A stretch of 64,000 nt of DNA, from positions 1 through 64,000 of IMG/VR virus record IMGVR_UViG_3300037104_000796. One strand, given 5' to 3'. Below, one piece after another: positions 29,303 to 38,135 of the stretch; positions within the stretch are counted from its first letter, which is position 1, and each line of letters begins with the position of its first letter. A model generated the notes under the pieces. It was not told the origin of the DNA. It saw only the letters and a list, made by a program, of their open reading frames with translations, and did not search any database. This DNA is from a virus. Position numbers and translations under genes: made by a program.

Positions 29303-30010
29303 ATGAATCATCAAAAACTATATGATACTATAATTCAAAAAACAAAATATGAAAATAGAATAAAGATAAGAAAAAATAAAAAAGGCTATGTCTGTTATGA
29401 AAGACACCATATAAATCCAAGATGTTTAGGCGGAAGCGATGAAAAAGAAAATTTACAATTAGTAACTACCAAAGAACATTATATTTGTCATAAATTATTA
29501 ACATACATTTATCCTGAAAATAGAAAAATAGTTTATGCTTTTTTTAGGATGACTACAAGTAAAAAATTTGGACACATTAATTCTGCAAAAGATTATGCAT
29601 ATACAAAAGAATTATTAAATTCAATACCTGTATCTAAAGAAACAAAAGAAAAATTAAGTATATCATTAACAGGCAAGTCTAAATCTCCAGAACATTGTAA
29701 AAATATATCAGAACATCATGCGAATGTATCAGGGGAAAATGGCCCAATGTATGGAAAATATTTTTATGATATGTGGGTAATTAAATATGGAAAAGAAGAA
29801 GCAGATAAAAAAATGCAAAAATATAAAGAAAAACAAAGTGAATCTCATATTGGAAAAATTCCAACAAAAGAAACAATAGAAAAAATTACAAAAAGTAATA
29901 AAGGAAAACATGATCACGCAGGAATTAAAAATTCAATGTTCGGGAAAAGTCATTCACCTGAATCTATTGAAAAAATGAGATTAGCAGCAAAAAATAGAAA
30001 AAAGAAATGA
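29303..30010 (+). CDS. HNH (Mob-like) homing endonuclease with NUMOD3
   Basis: ERHHINPRCLGGSDEKENL...EHYICHKLL; FGKSHSPESIEKM. Confidence 0.85.
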   Translation: MNHQKLYDTIIQKTKYENRIKIRKNKKGYVCYERHHINPRCLGGSDEKENLQLVTTKEHYICHKLLTYIYPENRKIVYAFFRMTTSKKFGHINSAKDYAYTKELLNSIPVSKETKEKLSISLTGKSKSPEHCKNISEHHANVSGENGPMYGKYFYDMWVIKYGKEEADKKMQKYKEKQSESHIGKIPTKETIEKITKSNKGKHDHAGIKNSMFGKSHSPESIEKMRLAAKNRKKK

Positions 30011-32010
30011 GTAATATAACAGTATGGAATAGTTTACTTATCCAACAAACATTGGATAAATTACGTATGGGAATTATAACCGATTTAAGCGCTTTTCATA
30101 TGAGTGATATCGAGTTAAAAGCTGGAAACATACTTTATCAATTAACGACTGATGAAATAGACGAATTCCACAAATGTTCACAAGATATAATTTACTTTGT
30201 AGAAAAATATTGTAGATTCTTAACTGATAGTGGACGTAAAACAGTTAAGTTAAGAAGTTTTCAAACAGAGATTTTGCGTGCTTTAGCAAGAGAAGAATAT
30301 AGTGAAAAAATTGAAGAGATGATTCCTGAAATTCGTAATCTTATTATGATGCAGAGTAGACAATCAGGAAAAACAACGACCATTGCAGCTTATTTTGCAT
30401 GGTATTTGTGTTTTCATAATGATAGAAACTTAGCAATTCTTGCAAACAAACAGGCAACCGCTTTTGAAATTGTAAACAAAGTAACAGACGTATTCAAAGG
30501 ACTTCCATTCTTCTTAAAACCCGGAATGATAAGTGGCGGATCAGGTGGTATGAGACTTGATAATGGGTGTTTTCTTACATCACAAGCAACTACCAAAACA
30601 GCACAAATCGGTTTTACTATTCACGTACTTTATGCCGATGAATTTGCCCACATTCAGAAATTTATAGCAAATGATTTCTGGAGATCAGTTTATCCTACAT
30701 TAGCATCTTCTGAAATATCACAATGTATCATATCATCTACACCAAATGGTGATGATAACGTATTTTATGATATTTGGGAAAAAGCACAAAAAGGCATAAA
30801 TAGCTTTATGTCAATACGTGTTGACTGGTGGGAAGTACCAGGACATGACGAAGCATGGGCAACTAAAATGAAAGCCGACTTTGGTGAAGAAAACTTTGCT
30901 CAGGAATTTGGACTTGACTTTGGAACCAATGCATCAAATCTTTTATTAAGTGCAATGGATCTTTTATTTATGAAAAAGATTCAAAAAGAATATCAATTCC
31001 AAGAGTTAGAAAAATCAAAATTAGATGATCTCTTATATCGTAATTTAAAATGGCATCCGGATTTTGATCCTAATGAAGATTTTAGCTCAAAAGATAATCG
31101 TTTTGTTTTAAGTGTTGATACAGGTGAAGGAAGAGATGAAGAAGAATTAAAAGATAATGACTATAACGTTTGTAATGTTTTCCGTGTAGTTCCTAAAAGT
31201 ATTGTGCAACTTAAGAAACTTAGAAATGATGAGATGACCATCAAGAATATGTTCAAGATCATGCAAGTTGGATTGTATAGGGATAATATAAAAGATGAAG
31301 AAAACTGTGCTCAAGTCACACGAGCACTTGCTTTTGATCAATTTGGAACAGAAATTACAAAGGCTATTATTGAAATGAATTTTAACGGAAAACATTTTCT
31401 TGATAAATTTTCACAGCATGATAAATATGACGAAGCTGTCGTTTTACATACATATCATACAAAACCTATTGTTGGAGAAAAACCACCAAGAAGAAAAGCT
31501 GGATTCAAAGTAACTGCTGGAAATAAAGATTTTTTCTGTAAATTAGGAAAGAAATTAGTTCATCAAAGAAATTTGATATTAAATGAATTAGAAACAGTTA
31601 AAGAATTTAAAGCTTTTGGAAAAGGAAAAAACGGAAGATGGAAAGGAATTGGAACTCACGATGATATTGCAATGAGTGCTGTAAATGTTAGTCATTTATT
31701 TGAAGAACCTGAATATGAAGATTGGCTTTTTGATTATTTAGAAGAAATGGAAGATACGCCAGTTAAAAAATTGATTAACGAATTATTAGAAAAATATACT
31801 GAATCTGGAGATGTAGATGATGATTCATTTACCGCATTATATAAAGATACTGTTTCGGGAAATAATACACCACCTAATATGCCTAAAAGCACACCAAATA
31901 ACGAACCAGTGTATAGTAACCCCTATGCCAATAACAATATACCGCGATATACACCAAGTTCTACTTTTGGAAGAGGAGCGTATACCATGCCATGGAGTAA
32001 CAATAGATAA
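30007..32010 (+). CDS. terL: Terminase large subunit (T4 gp17-like)
   Basis: SRQSGKTT Walker A, LYADEFAH Walker B, SSTPNG, FAQEF, SVDTGEG...DY, HDDIAMS nuclease motifs. Confidence 0.95.
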   Translation: MSNITVWNSLLIQQTLDKLRMGIITDLSAFHMSDIELKAGNILYQLTTDEIDEFHKCSQDIIYFVEKYCRFLTDSGRKTVKLRSFQTEILRALAREEYSEKIEEMIPEIRNLIMMQSRQSGKTTTIAAYFAWYLCFHNDRNLAILANKQATAFEIVNKVTDVFKGLPFFLKPGMISGGSGGMRLDNGCFLTSQATTKTAQIGFTIHVLYADEFAHIQKFIANDFWRSVYPTLASSEISQCIISSTPNGDDNVFYDIWEKAQKGINSFMSIRVDWWEVPGHDEAWATKMKADFGEENFAQEFGLDFGTNASNLLLSAMDLLFMKKIQKEYQFQELEKSKLDDLLYRNLKWHPDFDPNEDFSSKDNRFVLSVDTGEGRDEEELKDNDYNVCNVFRVVPKSIVQLKKLRNDEMTIKNMFKIMQVGLYRDNIKDEENCAQVTRALAFDQFGTEITKAIIEMNFNGKHFLDKFSQHDKYDEAVVLHTYHTKPIVGEKPPRRKAGFKVTAGNKDFFCKLGKKLVHQRNLILNELETVKEFKAFGKGKNGRWKGIGTHDDIAMSAVNVSHLFEEPEYEDWLFDYLEEMEDTPVKKLINELLEKYTESGDVDDDSFTALYKDTVSGNNTPPNMPKSTPNNEPVYSNPYANNNIPRYTPSSTFGRGAYTMPWSNNR

Positions 32011-32099
32011 TTGTCCCTTTCTAAAAAAAGATATATAATAAAAAAGAGCAACTATCTTTAGAATAAATAAAATAAATAGAATAAAAATAACTTAATAAT

Positions 32100-34556
32100 A
32101 TGGCAAGAATCGCATTAAATTTATCACAATTTAAGTCAGCCGGAGTTTACACTGTAGAAATTGACAATTCACAACGTATCGTAGTGACTACGCAATCACT
32201 AAGATTGCTTCCAGGATTTGCAGCTCAAGGTCCTTATAATACACCTGTATTCATAACTTCAACTCGAGACCTTCAAAGATTTTATGGCGACATTGATCCT
32301 AAATTAGAAAGAAAAGGTTCTTTCTTCCAAAGATCAATAGGAACAAGTTTATTGGCAGCTCCTGTATTTGCAATTAACTTATTAAAAACTCTTGATACAT
32401 CTGTAGGTGATAAAGTTCAGGCTGCAGCATTTTCATTAGACTCGAGTACAATTTCAGCACAATTAGGTACGGATTCATCTACATCAGATTTATACGTTAA
32501 TTTCTTTAATCGTCAAAGATTCTGGACTCCTGATCCTGATTTTCTACAAGGTGTAATAGTTAATAAAGGCGGATATGGAACAATTTATAATGCTCCGTTA
32601 TTTGATCTTGTTAACATTGGAATAAAAAATCTTTCATTTATTATTAGAAAAGCACAAAACTTAACACAATATAGTGTTTATGCAAAAGATTGGTACGGCT
32701 CAAAATCAAACATTCCTTATGAATGGATTAGAGAATATGATTATATAAAAGACTATTTTATTCAAGTTATTGCAGTTGAAGGTGATTGGACAAATTATAC
32801 TAACTTAGCAACGGACCCATATTATTCACAATTCTTTAATGTAAAGGGAATAATTCCAACACAACTTCAAAACTTTTTGAATTCGTCAAATGTTAATTTA
32901 ATTGGTTCTTGGACAGGATGTATTATTCCTGATTTCAGAGATCAAACTGGTTCAGAACAATATATTGAAACTGTTATTAATGCAGCTACTCCTTTAACAG
33001 GTGTATTATGCAATATTAACCAACAAGCACTTGACCAATTAAATTGGAATCAAGATGTTAGTTTATGGACATTAGGCGAAGGAACAACACAAGCACCATT
33101 TATGGTTGACTTAGTAGGACACGATTTGATTAGTGCTACGGGCGATGTTTCAACAGGATTCTTAAGCTACAGCATTGATGTAAGCAACTTAGTATTCCAC
33201 ACAGACGTAAGTCTTGTCACATATCCTGCCGGCGATACAACAAAAAGATCATTTTATGTTGGCAATTCTTCAACAGGATTAGCTAATACTACAGTAAATG
33301 TAGGTTCTCTTATTCAAAAAGCAAATTCTGAAATTCCAGGTGTAACTTATGTAACTGGAAAAACTTATGATGCATCATTCGGATATCTTATCACAACTGC
33401 TGAAGAAGTAACTGCTGGTACAGTAACTATTCAAAAAACTATTGATGATCCATCAATTGCAACAGCATACAAATTTATCAAACTTAATGGATTGACTCTT
33501 AAACTAAGACATCTTCCAGGATATAATACAGCTGGTGCACAAGATGCAGAAGCAGGTGTTTCAAAAATCTACGGAATGCTTGAAGATTCAGGAATTCAAA
33601 GAGGTTTAACAAACAAAGACATGATCAGCTTCAGATATGTAGTTGATACAATGGCTTATGGGCTTCAAGCTGAAATGGGTGGAAAAGCCTATCTTTCAAG
33701 ATTAGCAAAAGCAAGAGGTAAATGTACTGCAATTTTAAGTGCTCCTTCAATCGCACAATTTGCAGCATCAACTAATCCTTATTTCTGCGATATTTTCGTA
33801 GCAGGAGTAGACCCAGTTCCTGTATTTGATACAGCATTTATTCCAGTAGGAGGTAATCCAAATATGCCAAGAGCATTCAGATTCAGTTTTCCAACTGAAG
33901 AAGATGGAGCTAAATACTGCGGTGTATTCGGACCATTCTTGAAATATAGTGACGGAGGAAAACTTATCAGTATTCCACCAGCTGCAGATGTAGCAAACGC
34001 ATACGTACAAAAATTCTTAGGTGGTAACCCATTTGCAATCGTAGCAAACCAAGCAGGTATACTTTCAAATCCAAATCTTGCAGGTCTTGAATATATGATT
34101 GATAAAGTTGATAGAGATTCTCTTGAACCATTTGGTTATAACTCAATTATTCAAAGAGCATCAAGTGGGCAAATAATGATTTATGCTAACACAACTGCAT
34201 ATCAACTTGTTAAGAGTGACTTCAATAACTTACATGTTAGAGAATTACTTAATACACTTGAAATTCAAACTGAAGAAGTTCTTGAACCTTATGTATTTAC
34301 ATTTAATAACCCTGTTACAAGATTGAACATTATTAATTCACTTACCCCAATTCTTGAAACAACAAAAGATGCAGGTGCATTACTTGATTACAGTATTGTT
34401 ATGGATGAAACAAACAACACTGCAAGTATTATAGCTGACGGATTCGGAATCGTAGACATAGGTGTAACTGTAACAGGTGCACTTACAAAAATTATCAATA
34501 GAGTTACAGTTAATACAATAACCGGAGCAATTTCTTCTGGAGGATTTGTATTCTAA
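32100..34556 (+). CDS. Contractile tail sheath protein (gp18-like)
   Basis: SAGVYTVEID, GFAAQGPYNTPVFI, PPAADV, LHVRELL, FTFN, VMDETNNT. Confidence 0.92.
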   Translation: MARIALNLSQFKSAGVYTVEIDNSQRIVVTTQSLRLLPGFAAQGPYNTPVFITSTRDLQRFYGDIDPKLERKGSFFQRSIGTSLLAAPVFAINLLKTLDTSVGDKVQAAAFSLDSSTISAQLGTDSSTSDLYVNFFNRQRFWTPDPDFLQGVIVNKGGYGTIYNAPLFDLVNIGIKNLSFIIRKAQNLTQYSVYAKDWYGSKSNIPYEWIREYDYIKDYFIQVIAVEGDWTNYTNLATDPYYSQFFNVKGIIPTQLQNFLNSSNVNLIGSWTGCIIPDFRDQTGSEQYIETVINAATPLTGVLCNINQQALDQLNWNQDVSLWTLGEGTTQAPFMVDLVGHDLISATGDVSTGFLSYSIDVSNLVFHTDVSLVTYPAGDTTKRSFYVGNSSTGLANTTVNVGSLIQKANSEIPGVTYVTGKTYDASFGYLITTAEEVTAGTVTIQKTIDDPSIATAYKFIKLNGLTLKLRHLPGYNTAGAQDAEAGVSKIYGMLEDSGIQRGLTNKDMISFRYVVDTMAYGLQAEMGGKAYLSRLAKARGKCTAILSAPSIAQFAASTNPYFCDIFVAGVDPVPVFDTAFIPVGGNPNMPRAFRFSFPTEEDGAKYCGVFGPFLKYSDGGKLISIPPAADVANAYVQKFLGGNPFAIVANQAGILSNPNLAGLEYMIDKVDRDSLEPFGYNSIIQRASSGQIMIYANTTAYQLVKSDFNNLHVRELLNTLEIQTEEVLEPYVFTFNNPVTRLNIINSLTPILETTKDAGALLDYSIVMDETNNTASIIADGFGIVDIGVTVTGALTKIINRVTVNTITGAISSGGFVF

Positions 34557-34568
34557 TAATTAACAAGT

Positions 34569-35273
34569 ATGAATCATCAAACAATATATGATGAAATAAT
34601 TCGAAAGGCACAACTGAAAAACAGAATTAAATTAAACAACAAAGATTTGGCGTATACATATTACGAAAATCATCATATATTACCAAAATGTTTAGGAGGA
34701 ACAAACGAAAAAGGAAACAAAGTTTTATTAACACCAAGAGAACATTTTATTTGTCATAAATTACTTACATACATTCATCCACATCATTCTGGAATATCAC
34801 ATGCTTTTTTCAGAATGGTATTTGACAAAATAAAAAAACGCGAAATATCTTCAGCAGATTATGAATATGCTAGAAAATTATTAGCGATAAATGGATATGA
34901 TGATAAAACTAAACAAAAAATGAGTTTGGCGAAAAAAGGAAAAACATACGAAGAAATATACGGTGATGAAAAAGCAGAAGAACTAAAAACAAAACGAAGA
35001 GAAAGAAAACATACTAAAGAAGAAAAAGATAAAATTAAATCAGCTAGAAACAAATTAGAGTTAGATTCATCGTATAAAGAAAAACAAAAGAATTCTCGTT
35101 TAGGAATAAAAAATCCAATGTATAAAAAAACAGTTTATGACATCTGGGTTCAGAAATACGGAAAAGAAATAGCTGATAAAAAATACAAAAATTGGAAAGA
35201 AAATATATCTTTATCTTCAAAGGACAAAAGTAAACCAAGAAAATTAGTTAAAGAATATATAAATTATAAATAA
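34569..35273 (+). CDS. HNH homing endonuclease
   Basis: ENHHILPKCLGGTN...LLTPREHFICHKLL; lies between sheath and tube. Confidence 0.85.
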   Translation: MNHQTIYDEIIRKAQLKNRIKLNNKDLAYTYYENHHILPKCLGGTNEKGNKVLLTPREHFICHKLLTYIHPHHSGISHAFFRMVFDKIKKREISSADYEYARKLLAINGYDDKTKQKMSLAKKGKTYEEIYGDEKAEELKTKRRERKHTKEEKDKIKSARNKLELDSSYKEKQKNSRLGIKNPMYKKTVYDIWVQKYGKEIADKKYKNWKENISLSSKDKSKPRKLVKEYINYK

Positions 35274-35288
35274 AATAAACAAACAACG

Positions 35289-35885
35289 ATGGCAGATTTT
35301 ACGTCACAAGGTTCATTCGGATTATCACACTTTAGAAATTCTCGTGCATCACAAGAATTATACGAACCCGTATATTTGAATCTCTTTACAGTGCAGATTC
35401 AATTACCAGATGGTGTTGGTTCGACTCCTGAAAGTACTAATTTAATCTTAGAAAACGTACAAACGATAGGGGGTCTTAAATCGCACAAATTCCCTGGTTC
35501 GCCTATTGCTCAGTATTACAAATGGGCTGCAAGACGTTTCGCTGGTGCTAAACCTTCAGAAACAACAATGGATTTAACTTTAGATTTTCAAGTAAACATA
35601 GACAGAACACCAAGTGCTTACGTTCTCAAAACATTAAGAAAATGGTGCGATTTGGTTTACGATCCACTTACTGGACGTACTGGAATCAAAGCCGATTATG
35701 TTGCTCCTTGGATGTTAATTACTATGTACGACAGAGCAGCTCGTCCATTCTGGCAATGGAAGTGTTACAACGTATTTCCAATGACCGCTTTACCAGAACC
35801 CGCTTTAGGATATCAAAGTGAAGAACTTTATAGTATCGCAGGATTCGGAATAGCTTGTGACATGTGGGATGAAACGATTGTTTAA
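35289..35885 (+). CDS. Tail tube protein (gp19-like)
   Basis: 198 aa after the sheath; RRFAG, LRKWCDLVYDPLTG, NVFP, CDMW. Confidence 0.85.
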   Translation: MADFTSQGSFGLSHFRNSRASQELYEPVYLNLFTVQIQLPDGVGSTPESTNLILENVQTIGGLKSHKFPGSPIAQYYKWAARRFAGAKPSETTMDLTLDFQVNIDRTPSAYVLKTLRKWCDLVYDPLTGRTGIKADYVAPWMLITMYDRAARPFWQWKCYNVFPMTALPEPALGYQSEELYSIAGFGIACDMWDETIV

Positions 35886-35908
35886 TAACTACTTAGGACA
35901 TTTATATA

Positions 35909-35938
35909 AAGGATTGGTTTAATTACTGATCCTTTTTT
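35909..35938 (+). terminator. Probable Rho-independent terminator
   Basis: AAGGATTGGT..ACTGATCCTT followed by a T run. Confidence 0.6.
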
Positions 35939-35992
35939 GTGTTTATTTCTTAATTTATGAAACTTTTATGGGATGAGATATATAATATAAAA

Positions 35993-36805
35993 ATGAATCA
36001 TCAAAAAGTTTATGAATCTATAATTCAGAAAGCTAAATCTGAAAATAGAAAAAGATTAAGAAAAAATAATATCAATTATATTTATTATGAGAATCACCAT
36101 ATTCTGCCAAGATGTTTAGGTGGTAATGATAATAAAAATAATTTAATGTTGTTAACTGCTAAAGAACATTATGTTTGTCACAGATTGTTAACATACATTT
36201 ATAAAGGAAATTATAAAATCGAATGTGCATTTATATACATGTCATTTAGTAAAAAATATAATAAATGCATGTCATCTACAGATTATGTTTATGCAAAAGA
36301 ATTAAACGCAAAAGGACCATCAAAAGAAACATTGGAAAAATTAAAAAATAATCCATATATGAAAAATCGTCCATTTCCTTCTCCAGAAACTTGTTTAAAA
36401 TTAAGTGTAGCAAATACAGGGAAGGTTCGTTCTGAAGAATTTAAACATAATTTATCTATTCAACGAACAGGTGATTCGAATCCCGCAAAAACCACTGAAG
36501 CTAAAGCTCATATTTCTGCTAAACTTAAAGGAAAATTTAGAGGGGATGCAAATCCTATGTCAAAATCATCTCGCAAAAGAGAAAATTTAAATTTATTAGA
36601 AGAAAAAGGAATTAAATTAAAGGGTGATATGCATGAATATCTTCGCAAAAAAATTATATGCACTAATATTGAAACAAATGAAAATAATGTATTTGATGGT
36701 GTGCAAGAATTATTACATACATTAAAAATTAATAAAAGAAAATATTATTCTCATTTAAAAGATAACAAACCGATTTTAGGAAAATATAATTGCGTAGTCG
36801 TGTGA
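35993..36805 (+). CDS. HNH homing endonuclease
   Basis: MNHQKVY start as in paralogs; ENHHILPRCLGGND...EHYVCHRLL. Confidence 0.85.
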   Translation: MNHQKVYESIIQKAKSENRKRLRKNNINYIYYENHHILPRCLGGNDNKNNLMLLTAKEHYVCHRLLTYIYKGNYKIECAFIYMSFSKKYNKCMSSTDYVYAKELNAKGPSKETLEKLKNNPYMKNRPFPSPETCLKLSVANTGKVRSEEFKHNLSIQRTGDSNPAKTTEAKAHISAKLKGKFRGDANPMSKSSRKRENLNLLEEKGIKLKGDMHEYLRKKIICTNIETNENNVFDGVQELLHTLKINKRKYYSHLKDNKPILGKYNCVVV

Positions 36806-36868
36806 AACTTTGATGGTTTTTCTACATACTATAATATATACTCTATAGAACCATAAAAATATTTAAAT

Positions 36869-37852
36869 ATGCAATTAGACGGCACAGACGAAAAGAAAGA
36901 AGAAATTCTCAAAAATTACGTTGAAGAACAAGAAGGCGTTACTCAAAATACTACAACCTTCGTTTCAACAGTTTCATCAATAGGTCCCAAAATCACCGAA
37001 ATCCCAGGCACAAATCTTCCTTGGGAAAAACAACGACCATTAGGCAATCAAATAGGATGGATTCCACTTCCAGTAGAAGACTTACCGACACGCGGTTTGT
37101 TTTATCCTGAAGGAACAGGTCTTGCTATTCGTTCTGCTACAGGCGAAGAAATACGACACTGGTCAATTTTGGAAGAAGCTGATCTTTCAGCTTTAGACGA
37201 TATGCTTAATTATGTTATCGAAAGATGCGTAACAATTAAAGCAAACAATCCCGAATCAGGTGTTTATTTATCGTGGAAAGATATCAAAGAAGTTGATAGA
37301 TTTTATTTACTTCTTGCTATTCATGAATTAACATTTCCAAATGGAGAAAATAAACTTCAGGTTAAAATATCAGAAAACAAAATGGTTGATGTTAAAAAAG
37401 ATATGGTAAGTTACATATCATTAGACCCTGTTTTAATGAGATATTACGATGAAGTTGAAAGATGCTTCGTTTTAAGAATTAAAGGCGGAAGAGTTCTTCG
37501 TATTGATATCCCAAGTGTTGGAGTAACTCAATGGCTTAAAAACTTTATAATCAGAAAACAAAGAGCTCAAGAATATTTTGAAGAAGATTATTTGAACTAC
37601 GCTCCATTTGTTATTCGACAATGGAAAGGTTTAAACGATGATCTTTACAAACAATTTGTTGAAGATTCTCATAAATGGGATATCACAACAATTTCATTGT
37701 TAGTTCATGTTAAAAAATTATTTGCAGATACAATCGATCCTGTAATAAAATTCAAGGACGAAGGAGGTGTGGAGCATATAGCTCCATTAAACTTTCAAGG
37801 CGGAATTAAATCTCTTTTCCTTATTTCAGATCCGTTTGGACAATTGGAATAA
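36869..37852 (+). CDS. Baseplate hub/tail assembly chaperone (T4 gp26-like)
   Basis: LPTRGLFYP, DRFYLLLAI; position between tube and tape measure. Confidence 0.65.
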   Translation: MQLDGTDEKKEEILKNYVEEQEGVTQNTTTFVSTVSSIGPKITEIPGTNLPWEKQRPLGNQIGWIPLPVEDLPTRGLFYPEGTGLAIRSATGEEIRHWSILEEADLSALDDMLNYVIERCVTIKANNPESGVYLSWKDIKEVDRFYLLLAIHELTFPNGENKLQVKISENKMVDVKKDMVSYISLDPVLMRYYDEVERCFVLRIKGGRVLRIDIPSVGVTQWLKNFIIRKQRAQEYFEEDYLNYAPFVIRQWKGLNDDLYKQFVEDSHKWDITTISLLVHVKKLFADTIDPVIKFKDEGGVEHIAPLNFQGGIKSLFLISDPFGQLE

Positions 37853-38075
37853 GATCGAGTTCATATTCTGTCATAAACTTCATGTTTCTCCAGTTGATTT
37901 ACAACAATTAGAATTCTATCGCATTCAATACATTCTGAAAGAATTCGAAGAATACATTGAAAGAGAAAATAAAGAATATGAAAAACAAAAAAGGCATGCA
38001 GATGATCAATCAAAAATAAAACCACCCAGTTTCGGAGGTTTTCAAATGCCCAAATTTGATCTACCAAAATTTTAA
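37836..38075 (+). CDS. Small tail assembly chaperone (gp51-like), possibly reached by frameshift from the upstream gene
   Basis: Overlaps in the +1 frame, only a TTG start, frame open from 37791; sits just before the tape measure gene. Confidence 0.55.
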   Translation: MDNWNKIEFIFCHKLHVSPVDLQQLEFYRIQYILKEFEEYIERENKEYEKQKRHADDQSKIKPPSFGGFQMPKFDLPKF

Positions 38076-38102
38076 AAGACTCGAAAGAGTCTTTTGTTTT
38101 TT
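38074..38102 (+). terminator. Rho-independent terminator
   Basis: AAAAGACTC-GAAA-GAGTCTTTT then T-rich. Confidence 0.8.
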
Positions 38103-38135
38103 CTAAGGATATATAAAATAAATTCTATATACTGA

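Noticed and set aside
30007-32010. Intein or intron in the terminase
   Set aside because: ATPase and nuclease motifs are contiguous; no C..HN splice motifs or LAGLIDADG insert.
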